A stretch of DNA of 64,000 bases, from the NCBI GenBank assembly GCA_018830005.1, contig JAHJTE010000001.1:129332-193331 (forward strand), written 5' to 3'. Positions within the stretch are counted from its first letter, which is position 1. Every line of letters starts with the position of its first letter. The position numbers were made by a program, and so were the translations under genes. The notes under the pieces were generated by a model. It searched no databases. It was not told the origin of the DNA and worked only from the letters and a program-made list of their open reading frames with translations. Source of the DNA: Candidatus Omnitrophota bacterium. GTDB lineage: Bacteria > Omnitrophota > Gorgyraeia > JAHJTE01. Below are positions 40,721 to 49,341 of this stretch, piece by piece.

Positions 40721-42646
40721 ATGATTAATACGAAAATATTCCCAATTTTGACATTAGTGATTTTTCTGATCTTTCCTTTTGGTGTCCTTGCCCAGCAAGA
40801 AGCAGAAGTTCAAGAAGACCCAATGAACAAGGAGCTGCAAATTAAAGAAGAGCCCTTGGATGAGACGATTTCTCTTGATATCAAGGGTATGGATATTGTA
40901 GATGTCCTAAAGACATTGGCTATGCGTTCAGGATTAAATATCGTCGTGGGTAAAAATGTAGTGGGAAAGGTCACCATCTTCTTAAAAGGTGTTATGCCGC
41001 GTCAGGCCCTTGACATAATCTTATTGGCTAATGGTCTTGCATACGAAGAGCAGGATGGAATTATTAGTGTAATGACTGACCGCGATTATGAAGCGCGCTT
41101 CGGTGAAAAATTTGCCGACAAAAAAGAGATTTCTGTCGTAAAGTTAAAATATGCTAAGGCAGCGAATTTGGTCCCTACCCTCAACCAGATGAAGTCTACG
41201 ATTGGTAAGGTTTTTGTCGATGAGGGATCTAATGTAGCTGTACTTATGGATACCCCAGAGAGATTATCGCAGATGCGCCAGATGTTACTTCATATTGACC
41301 GTCCAACCCAGACGCGCATATTTGATCTTAACTACTCAGATTCGGATAAGCTCCAGAATAAAATTCAAGAAATGCTAAGTAAAAACATAGGAACCATTAC
41401 GATTGATGAGCGCACTAATAAGATTATTGTCACTGATTATTCTGAAAAAATAGATAATATTGCAAAGATTATTAATGCCTTTGATTCGCGTACGCGTCAG
41501 GTGCTCATTGATTCTAAGATTGTTGAAATCACCTTAAGTGATAGGTTTCAACTTGGCATTGACTGGGAATATTGGATTGAAAAGAATTTCAAGGTTGGCA
41601 ATACCTTTCCTTTAAGCCTTACTACAGGCGGCACATTGACACTGGGTACTACTAGCGCGATAGACGAGGTAGGTGAATATAAAAGTGTTGTTGACATGCT
41701 AAGAACTATTGGAGACACGCGCGTTCTCTCAAGTCCCAGAGTAACGGCATTGAATAATGAGGAGGCAAAGATTCTTATCGGCACAAAAGAAGCCTATATT
41801 ACCCAGACTACTTCTCAATCGGGCACAGGAGCAACTATAACTGCCGAAAGCGTTAATTTTGTTGATGTGGGAGTTCAGCTTTACGTTACGCCCACTATCA
41901 ATCAAGAAGGTTTTGTGACAATGAAAATAAAGCCAGTAGTAAGCTCTGCTGTACGCACAGAGATAACAAGCGGCGATACAATAAGTGAAATACCTATTGT
42001 CTCTACTTCTGAGGCCGAGACATCGGTGATGGTTAAAGACGGCTCAACTATAATAATTGCTGGTTTAATTAAAGACGAGATAATTCAGACAATAAATAAA
42101 ATCCCGGTTTTAGGAGATATACCCATACTCGGCCACCTATTTAAAAACACGAGTGATGAGGTTAGAAAGAAGGAACTTGTAATATTTTTAACTCCTCATA
42201 TACTCTCTCCTTCCTTAGTTGAAACCAAGGCTAATGCCTTAGAATTTGAAGAAAGCATTAATACTTTAGAGCATTATAATAAACCTGAGCCAGACAAGAT
42301 ACGTTCGCTAAAGTCCGAGGAGAGCCAAGCAGAATTAAAGAACGATGAGGATTCCCTAGATTTAAGTTACGTTGGATATCTTACCCGCTTGCGCAAAATT
42401 ATAGCTGAGCAGGCAAGCAATATTGCCAGAGATGATTTTTCATCTGGGAAAGTAGAGATTTCTTTTGTTCTGGGTGCTGATGGTAAGTTGTTGGCAGATC
42501 CAGAGGTTGCCTTTGCCACAAGTGATGATTTAGGAGAGCTTGCCTTAAAGGCAGTACTTGCCTCAAGTCCTTTTCCGCCTTTTCCTGAAGATTTAAAAAG
42601 AAAACAAGAACGTTTTGATATTGTTATTTCTTATTCAGAAAAATAG
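40721..42646 (+). CDS. gspD: secretin (GspD/PilQ family) with C-terminal TonB-C-like domain
   Basis: Signal peptide, N0/N1-like domains, secretin core (VLIDSKIVEITL...IPVLGDIPILGHLFKNT...LVIFLTPHIL). Followed by ~100-aa tail GKVEISFVLGADGKLLADPEVAFATSDDLGELALKAVLASSPFPPFP matching the TonB C-terminal domain pattern. Confidence 0.8.
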   Translation: MINTKIFPILTLVIFLIFPFGVLAQQEAEVQEDPMNKELQIKEEPLDETISLDIKGMDIVDVLKTLAMRSGLNIVVGKNVVGKVTIFLKGVMPRQALDIILLANGLAYEEQDGIISVMTDRDYEARFGEKFADKKEISVVKLKYAKAANLVPTLNQMKSTIGKVFVDEGSNVAVLMDTPERLSQMRQMLLHIDRPTQTRIFDLNYSDSDKLQNKIQEMLSKNIGTITIDERTNKIIVTDYSEKIDNIAKIINAFDSRTRQVLIDSKIVEITLSDRFQLGIDWEYWIEKNFKVGNTFPLSLTTGGTLTLGTTSAIDEVGEYKSVVDMLRTIGDTRVLSSPRVTALNNEEAKILIGTKEAYITQTTSQSGTGATITAESVNFVDVGVQLYVTPTINQEGFVTMKIKPVVSSAVRTEITSGDTISEIPIVSTSEAETSVMVKDGSTIIIAGLIKDEIIQTINKIPVLGDIPILGHLFKNTSDEVRKKELVIFLTPHILSPSLVETKANALEFEESINTLEHYNKPEPDKIRSLKSEESQAELKNDEDSLDLSYVGYLTRLRKIIAEQASNIARDDFSSGKVEISFVLGADGKLLADPEVAFATSDDLGELALKAVLASSPFPPFPEDLKRKQERFDIVISYSEK

Positions 42647-42698
42647 TGCCTTGTAGTAATTATTTAATTAGATAAATTCGACATTTTTACTTAAAACC

Positions 42699-43442
42699 AT
42701 GCCGGAAGAAATTGTAGAGATTAATAATTTAACTAAGTATTACAATAGACGTCTTAATCTATTCTCCCTAGAAAAGGTCCAAGCCCTGGATGCCTTGAAT
42801 CTGACGATATACAAAGGTGATATCTTTGCCCTTCTCGGACCAAACGGAGCCGGCAAGACCACCACCCTAAATATAATTGCCGGATTGCTAAGGCAATCAG
42901 GAGGCGAGGTTAAGGTTTTTGGTGAGAATTTTAATGTACATAGTGATGAGCTTAGATGCAAAATTGGCTACTTGTCAGAAGAAAATATATTACCGGATTA
43001 TGTCTCAGTAAAAGAACTTTTGGAATTTTTGGCTAATATCTTTGGTCAAAACTCTGCTCTTAGAAAAAAACGCATAGAATATTTAATTGAAATTTTCAAC
43101 CTCGAAGGTCTACTTAAAAAGCATATCCACCTTCTTTCTAGCGGCCAGAAAAGAATTATAGGTGTTGCCTGCGCGCTTATTAATGAGCCAGACTTGTTAA
43201 TTCTGGATGAGCCCACAGTATATTTAGACCCACTTGCCGTCAAACATTTAAGCAATATCATTATCAGCCTAAAAGATGAAGGCAAAACCGTTATTGTTAG
43301 CTCTCATATCTTAAGCCAGGTAGAGAAGCTATGTAATCGTTTGGCTATAATCAAAGATGGCAAACTGAAATTATCTGCCAAAACAGAAGATGTGTTAAGC
43401 CAGCGCTCTTTAGATGATGTATTCCTTGAGGTAACCTCTTAA
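42699..43442 (+). CDS. ABC transporter ATP-binding protein
   Basis: Walker A GPNGAGKTT, ABC signature LSSGQKR, Walker B LLILDEP, H-loop. Confidence 0.85.
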   Translation: MPEEIVEINNLTKYYNRRLNLFSLEKVQALDALNLTIYKGDIFALLGPNGAGKTTTLNIIAGLLRQSGGEVKVFGENFNVHSDELRCKIGYLSEENILPDYVSVKELLEFLANIFGQNSALRKKRIEYLIEIFNLEGLLKKHIHLLSSGQKRIIGVACALINEPDLLILDEPTVYLDPLAVKHLSNIIISLKDEGKTVIVSSHILSQVEKLCNRLAIIKDGKLKLSAKTEDVLSQRSLDDVFLEVTS

Positions 43443-43452
43443 ATAAAATGTC

Positions 43453-44238
43453 ATGCGCCAAATTTTAGCGATATCTCGCATTAGTTTGAAGTTGGCATAC
43501 GGACCGACGTTTTTTATATTTACATGTATCGGCGCTCTATTTGTCCTTCCTTCACTTCTTTATTTTTTCCTGCCGGAATTAGCTCAATTTGGATATCGCA
43601 ACGCAGGCCAGAATGCTGCCTTAGCCGGATTAGGTTCTATAAATCTTTTTCTTATCTTTTTGAGCATCTCTTTAAGCCTTGCGGTATTAATGAAGCAATT
43701 TAGAAGAGATAATCTTATTTTTTTGCTTTCAAAGCCGATACAGCCAACGCAAATTTTTCTCGGAACAATAATTGCGTTAATAGTTGTTTTTTTAAGTTGC
43801 TGGGCCTTTTTATCGTTAGAGCTTTTAGTTATCATTGCTTTGTTTTCAAAAGAATTTTTGTTCCGAACAATGCTTGCTTTGTTTCCCGTTGCATTACTTG
43901 CGATATTATATACGACGTTGGCAGTATTTTTCTTTTCGCTATGGCCCAGTTTTCTCTCAGCTATTTTTCCGTTTTTACTTATTCTGACATCTTTGGCTAG
44001 AGTAGATATACAATCTCTTATTTCTTCATTTAACATTCTTTGGCTTAAGAAAATTATTGATATGTCTTTCTTTTTTATCCCGCCTGTAGGCCAAGTAATG
44101 GCAATTTCTCTTAAGAAATTAGATTTTCTTAATGTCGGAGTCAATATCGGCCCTGTTTTACTACATAGTATTTCCATCACCGTACTTTTACTAAGCTTTG
44201 CTCTGTTGTGGATATCTCGAAGATTCTCAAAGTTGTGA
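43453..44238 (+). CDS. ABC-2-type transporter permease (polytopic membrane protein)
   Basis: 6 predicted TM segments immediately downstream of the ABC ATPase. Confidence 0.5.
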   Translation: MRQILAISRISLKLAYGPTFFIFTCIGALFVLPSLLYFFLPELAQFGYRNAGQNAALAGLGSINLFLIFLSISLSLAVLMKQFRRDNLIFLLSKPIQPTQIFLGTIIALIVVFLSCWAFLSLELLVIIALFSKEFLFRTMLALFPVALLAILYTTLAVFFFSLWPSFLSAIFPFLLILTSLARVDIQSLISSFNILWLKKIIDMSFFFIPPVGQVMAISLKKLDFLNVGVNIGPVLLHSISITVLLLSFALLWISRRFSKL

Positions 44239-44284
44239 ACAGAAATAGCGAAATCGTATTTATCAGTATTGAAGGAGGAAAAAC

Positions 44285-44683
44285 ATGAAAAAGATTTTTA
44301 TTTTACTATCCGCCATTTTTATTATCTCGATGTTTATTATTATTTCTGATCAGGCGCATGCGGTGCTACTTAAGTTTAACCGTGAGGTAAGCGGTAAGAT
44401 TGTAGCTGTTGATTTGGAGGCTGAAAAGCCTACGATAACTGTAGAATACACTGAGGAAGATAGATATTATCGTAGTGAGCTTAAAAGAATAAATTTGATA
44501 ATAGAAGAAGGGACAAATATTGTAGACGAGGCTGGAGAACAGCTAGAAAAAGATAACTTAAATGTAGGCGATGTGGTTTCAGCATCTTATAAAATTAAAT
44601 ATGCTAATAATGCTATCCCCTTATGGAAGATTGCTACAGATATAACTCTAACCTCGAGCCTTGAAATAGAAAGCGAAAAATAG
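44285..44683 (+). CDS. secreted hypothetical protein
   Basis: N-terminal signal peptide/TM; no recognisable domain. Confidence 0.35.
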   Translation: MKKIFILLSAIFIISMFIIISDQAHAVLLKFNREVSGKIVAVDLEAEKPTITVEYTEEDRYYRSELKRINLIIEEGTNIVDEAGEQLEKDNLNVGDVVSASYKIKYANNAIPLWKIATDITLTSSLEIESEK

Positions 44684-44732
44684 ACTATTTAAGTTTGAAA
44701 TAAGATTTTGCTAATAGTATAATAAGAAACAT

Positions 44733-46310
44733 ATGAGTAAAAATTTCTTATCTAAATCTCGTAAGCGTGATAGTTGGGGGTCGCGTCTGGGTATTATTAT
44801 GGCTGTTGCCGGAAGCGCTGTGGGCCTGGGTAATTTCTTAAGGTTTCCTGCCAAGGCAGCTGCAAATGGCGGCGGCGCATTTATGATTCCCTACTTTGTA
44901 TCCTTGCTATTATTGGGCATTCCCTTAATGTGGATAGAATGGACATTAGGCCGTTATGGCGGCGGATTCGGTCATGGCACTGCTCCTGGAATCTTTCACA
45001 GCGTTTGGCAGAAAAACCGGTTTATAAAATATTTTGGCGTAATCGGCATTTTCGGGCCATTGGTAATCTTTATCTATTATTCTTATATTGCATCTTGGAC
45101 GCTGGGTTATAGCATCTTTGCCTTAACCGGAAAATATGCTGCTGCAGTCAATCAAGAGGCAATGCAGAGTTTCCTGCGAGGCTATCAGGGGCTTGAGGCT
45201 AACCAATATTTTGCCAGTATCGCACCTGCCTATATATTTTTCCTCATTACCTTTTTTGTCAATATTGGCATTATCTATAGAGGTATAAGAGGCGGCGTTG
45301 AGAAATTATGCAAGATTGCGATGCCTATTCTTTTTCTTTGTGGTTTTGTGCTCATGCTCAGAGTTCTGACATTAGGGACACCAGATCCAACCCGGCCTAG
45401 CTGGAATATAGTTAACGGTCTTGGTTTTTTATGGAATCCAGATCTTTCTGCTTTAACCTCAGCAAAGGTTTGGCTTGAAGCTGCAGGCCAGGTTTTCTTT
45501 ACCTTAAGTGTAGGAATAGGCGTCATACTCACCTATGCCAGTTACTTATCCAAAGGCGATGATATCGCGCTTTCTGGACTTTCTGCAGTTAGTACTAATG
45601 AATTTGCTGAGGTTATCTTAGGGGCGAGCATAATTATTCCCGCGGCATTTGTATTTTTTGGTCCAGATTCGGTAAGTAAGATTGCCCAGTCAGGAGTGTT
45701 CAATTTAGGTTTTGTTACCATGCCTCTGATATTAGCTAAGATTCCATTTCCCTTTATCTTTGGCTTTATTTGGTTTTTTCTCTTGTTTCTTGCTGGGATT
45801 ACCTCAAGTGTTTCCTTGGCTCAGCCGGCGGTTGCCTTCTTAGAAGATGAGTTTAATATTACTCGCAAGAAAGCAGTAATATTATTTGGAATAACAGTGT
45901 TTATCTTAAGCCATGCGGCAATATTTTTCTTAAAATATGGCGTTGTGGATGAGCTGGACTTCTGGGGAGGAACTTTCTTTTTGGTTTTGTTCGCTACGGT
46001 TGAGGCCATCCTCTTTGGCTGGGTATTTGGCATAGATAAGGCCTGGGAGGAGATTCATCATGGGGCAGAAATGAAGGTTCCCAAGGTTTATAAATTTGTA
46101 ATTAAATACGTTACACCTTTATTTTTACTTCTTGTACTCGGTGTTTGGTTCTTTCAAGAATGGCTTCCGATTATCTTCATGCAGAATATCTCTAGTGTTA
46201 ATAGGCCTTATATCCTTTTCACTAGGCTGGGTTTATTGGTGATGCTTTTTGTATTGGTTGCGTTAGTAAAGATTGCCTGGAAGAGGAAAAGGCAGGAAGT
46301 TACAGTTTAG
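44733..46310 (+). CDS. sodium-dependent transporter, neurotransmitter:sodium symporter (NSS/SNF) family
   Basis: N-terminal WGSRLGIIMAVAGSAVGLGNFLRFP...GGGAFMIPY signature. 11-12 TM segments. Confidence 0.85.
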   Translation: MSKNFLSKSRKRDSWGSRLGIIMAVAGSAVGLGNFLRFPAKAAANGGGAFMIPYFVSLLLLGIPLMWIEWTLGRYGGGFGHGTAPGIFHSVWQKNRFIKYFGVIGIFGPLVIFIYYSYIASWTLGYSIFALTGKYAAAVNQEAMQSFLRGYQGLEANQYFASIAPAYIFFLITFFVNIGIIYRGIRGGVEKLCKIAMPILFLCGFVLMLRVLTLGTPDPTRPSWNIVNGLGFLWNPDLSALTSAKVWLEAAGQVFFTLSVGIGVILTYASYLSKGDDIALSGLSAVSTNEFAEVILGASIIIPAAFVFFGPDSVSKIAQSGVFNLGFVTMPLILAKIPFPFIFGFIWFFLLFLAGITSSVSLAQPAVAFLEDEFNITRKKAVILFGITVFILSHAAIFFLKYGVVDELDFWGGTFFLVLFATVEAILFGWVFGIDKAWEEIHHGAEMKVPKVYKFVIKYVTPLFLLLVLGVWFFQEWLPIIFMQNISSVNRPYILFTRLGLLVMLFVLVALVKIAWKRKRQEVTV

Positions 46311-46321
46311 GGAGAATTAAG

Positions 46322-46426
46322 ATGACTTTAGGCGGCATAATTCTTTTGGTTATTTCCTGGAGTACGATACTTTCTTTGGTATTTTTTTGTTTTAAACGCA
46401 TATTTACGGCTAAGGAAATAAAATAA
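46322..46426 (+). CDS. 34-aa single-TM peptide, possible NSS-transporter small subunit (MetS-like)
   Basis: GGGAGA RBS. Start 12 nt after the NSS stop. Hydrophobic TM core with C-terminal Lys/Arg. Position analogous to MetP/MetS-type pairs. Confidence 0.3.
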   Translation: MTLGGIILLVISWSTILSLVFFCFKRIFTAKEIK

Positions 46427-46456
46427 TTTAATCTATAGAGTTAGAGGAGGGTTTCT

Positions 46457-46840
46457 ATGAAGAGGATAATTCCAATTTTGATTATTGGATTACTAAGTGC
46501 AGGTTGCGTACCATTGATTATCGGTGGCGTGGGGGTTTTAGGCGGTTATGCAATAAGTAGAGATACTGTTGCTGTTGAGTTGAGTAAGGATACACAAGAT
46601 ATCTGGCAGGCAGCAAAAGATGTAATTTCAGACTTAGGTTTTATCAAAAATGCTGATGAAGAGGCTAGGGTTATTGAGGCAGACGTCTTTTCAAGTTACG
46701 TGATTATTCGTATTGAGAAATTAACTGAAGCAACAAATCGCTTAAAAGTGAAATCGAGAAAATACTTTATGCCAAACATTGGCCTTGCCCAGAAGATATT
46801 TGTAAAAATAATGCAGAAGCTGGATCGTAGCTATAGATGA
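46457..46840 (+). CDS. hypothetical lipoprotein
   Basis: Lipobox LLSAGC. No recognisable domain. Confidence 0.4.
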   Translation: MKRIIPILIIGLLSAGCVPLIIGGVGVLGGYAISRDTVAVELSKDTQDIWQAAKDVISDLGFIKNADEEARVIEADVFSSYVIIRIEKLTEATNRLKVKSRKYFMPNIGLAQKIFVKIMQKLDRSYR

Positions 46841-47643
46841 GAAAGAGATTACCTATGTTGAGGCAGACTATAAGCAGAGTTGTTTTGATAGTATTATTCT
46901 TTTTCTTAAGTTTTTTAGTTGGCTGCCAGCCGTGTCCTTTTCAAAAACAGATAAATGCCAAGGTCGCTGAAGTTATTGACGGCGATACTATAGAGCTGGC
47001 AGATGGTAGACTGGTTAGATATATAGGGATTGATACGCCAGAACTAAGCGAGCGAATAGGTGAAGACTGGATTGAAAAGAACGAACCTTTTGCCCAAAGC
47101 GCTAAATTGTTAAATGAAGAACTAGTAAAGGCAAAGACTGTAAGGCTAGAATTTGATAGAGAGCGCACTGATAAATACGGTAGATTGCTGGCATATTGTT
47201 TTGTAGATAATACATTTGTTAACGAAATTATCTTAGAGCAGGGGTTTGCTCTTTTGTATTTAATAGCTCCTAATATAAAATATTCAGAGATACTGGTAGC
47301 TGCTCAAGGCAAGGCGCGTGATAACAACAGGGGCCTATGGCAGGAAGAACTTTTCCTTAGAGCAGAAGAGGCGCATCGCTTTATCGGCAATATTGCCACT
47401 GTAGAGGGTGAAGTTCTGGATGTGGTAAAGTCTAGGAAAGTTATATATTTAAATTTTGATCGTGATTACCGGACTGATTTCACTGTGGTTATTTTTCAAG
47501 GCGACTTATCGACATTCCTCGCCGCTGGCATAAGCCCCGAAAGATATAAGGGCAGGGTTATCAGGGTCTTTGGTAAAATCAAGGAGTATAACGGACCAGA
47601 AATAGTTGTTGGACATCCGTCACAGATTGAAATTATTCGTTGA
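46837..47643 (+). CDS. thermonuclease (staphylococcal nuclease, SNase) family protein with C-terminal OB-like extension
   Basis: VIDGDTIEL...RYIGIDTPE...YGRLLAY SNase motifs. N-terminal TM. ~100-aa C-terminal beta-rich extension. Confidence 0.7.
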   Translation: MRKRLPMLRQTISRVVLIVLFFFLSFLVGCQPCPFQKQINAKVAEVIDGDTIELADGRLVRYIGIDTPELSERIGEDWIEKNEPFAQSAKLLNEELVKAKTVRLEFDRERTDKYGRLLAYCFVDNTFVNEIILEQGFALLYLIAPNIKYSEILVAAQGKARDNNRGLWQEELFLRAEEAHRFIGNIATVEGEVLDVVKSRKVIYLNFDRDYRTDFTVVIFQGDLSTFLAAGISPERYKGRVIRVFGKIKEYNGPEIVVGHPSQIEIIR

Positions 47644-47740
47644 TTTTTTTCCTTACTGACAGTTAAGGTCATAGCTAGAAACCAAAACAGAATATTGACA
47701 TCTGGCGCTATTTTGATAGAATAAGAGCCTGTCAAATCTG

Positions 47741-47816
47741 GCCGAGGTAGCTCAAATGGTAGAGCGCGGGACTGAAAATCCCGGCGTAGCCGGTTCGATC
47801 CCGGCCCTCGGCACCA
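47741..47816 (+). tRNA. tRNA-Phe (GAA)
   Basis: Cloverleaf: acceptor GCCGAGG/CCTCGGC, anticodon loop CT-GAA-AA, T-loop GGTTCGATCC, encoded CCA. Downstream hairpin plus T-tract terminator. Confidence 0.85.
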
Positions 47817-47930
47817 TGTATATTTAAAAGGACTTAAAGAGTCCTTTTTTGTTTATAAGGCATGAAGTTTAGCAAGACCTTCATCCTTGTAGATAGTTGG
47901 AGTTTTTGATATAATCAAAGTCTGAAATTC

Positions 47931-48003
47931 TGCCGATGTAGCTCAGTTGGTAGAGCAGCGCTTTCGTAAAGCGCGGGTCGGAGGTTCGATCCCTCTCATC
48001 GGC
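47931..48003 (+). tRNA. tRNA-Thr (CGT)
   Basis: Acceptor GCCGATG/CATCGGC, anticodon stem-loop GCGCT-TTCGTAA-AGCGC, T-arm GGAGGTTCGATCCCTCT. No encoded CCA. Confidence 0.75.
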
Positions 48004-48046
48004 TTAAGTTATCCCTGAAAGCAAAATTCTTATAGGAAGATAGGCT

Positions 48047-49309
48047 GTGGCAAAATTTAGAGAAATTTTAAAAAATAAGAATTTTTTTCTCCTCTGGTTA
48101 AGCCAGATTATCTCCCAATTTGGAGACCGGCTTAATCAAATGGCGCTGATTGCTCTTATCTACAGCCGTGCTCCCGGCTCAACTTGGGAGATGGCAAAGC
48201 TGCTCTCCTTCACAATAATACCAGTATTTATAATTGGTCCGGTAGCTGGTGTTTATGTTGATAGATGGAGTAGGCAGCGCACCATGTTTGTCTGTGACTT
48301 AGCCCGTGCATGTCTAGTGTTTATAATTGCCTTTTATCTTTTGAATCTTAAGCCAATTTTTCCTATATACATTGCTATCTTTTTTGTATTTTCTGTTGGT
48401 AGATTCTTTGTTCCGGCTAAGATGTCTATAATACCGTCTTTGGTTAAAAAGAGTGATCTTCTTTTAGCTAATTCCCTAGTGCATACAACAGGCATGATTG
48501 CGGCAATGTTTGGATTAGGTATTGGGGGCCTATTAGTTTCTCCCCACATCTTGGGCGTAAAGGGTGGATTCTATTTAGATGCAGGCTCTTTCCTTGTCTC
48601 AGCTATAATGCTTTATTTTATTTCAGAAAATATTAGATTGAGAGTAACTAAAAGAGCCATTGCTGGGGTAAGCAAGGATATTGTGGAGGTTATAAAGAAA
48701 TCAATCTTAAGTGAGATAAAAGAGGCTTTCTATTTTTTGATTAAAAATCGTCAGACGCGTTATGTTGTTGCTGTGCTTTTTACATTGTGGTTAGCATTGG
48801 GTGCTGTCTATGTTGTCACCATTGTTTTTGTCCAGGAGGTCCTAGGTTCGATTACCTCTCAGTTAGGCCTTTTGGCTATCTGTTTAGGAGGAAGTTTGTT
48901 TGTCGGTTCCCTTATTTATGGCCGCCTGGGTCACAAATTGTCACATCTAAAGATTATATTTATCTCCTTTTCTTTAAGCGGCTTAGCACTCTTCCTATTT
49001 GCGATTTTGACATATACATTTAAGGAGTTTTGGATTGCTGCTATCTCTTGCTTTATGCTTGGGTTGACCCTTTCTCCGATTATGATTGCTTCAAATACGT
49101 TAGTACACAAATTAAGTGATAATAAAATGATGGGTAGAGTATTTAGTTCTCTGGAAGTTGTAATGCATATTGGTTTTCTCCTGGCAATGTTTATTAGCGC
49201 CTCTTTAGCTGAATTTTTAGGCAGATTCTGGATTTTGGTAGGAGCAGGTTTGGGTATTATTCTGTTTAGTATTTTTGGGCTTATAAGAGAATCAAGACGT
49301 CGAGCTTAA
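48047..49309 (+). CDS. MFS transporter
   Basis: 12 TM segments; MFS loop motif region (GPVAGVYVDRWSRQR). Confidence 0.8.
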   Translation: MAKFREILKNKNFFLLWLSQIISQFGDRLNQMALIALIYSRAPGSTWEMAKLLSFTIIPVFIIGPVAGVYVDRWSRQRTMFVCDLARACLVFIIAFYLLNLKPIFPIYIAIFFVFSVGRFFVPAKMSIIPSLVKKSDLLLANSLVHTTGMIAAMFGLGIGGLLVSPHILGVKGGFYLDAGSFLVSAIMLYFISENIRLRVTKRAIAGVSKDIVEVIKKSILSEIKEAFYFLIKNRQTRYVVAVLFTLWLALGAVYVVTIVFVQEVLGSITSQLGLLAICLGGSLFVGSLIYGRLGHKLSHLKIIFISFSLSGLALFLFAILTYTFKEFWIAAISCFMLGLTLSPIMIASNTLVHKLSDNKMMGRVFSSLEVVMHIGFLLAMFISASLAEFLGRFWILVGAGLGIILFSIFGLIRESRRRA

Positions 49310-49341
49310 GCTCGAGCTTAAGCTCGGCTTAATATAATTTT

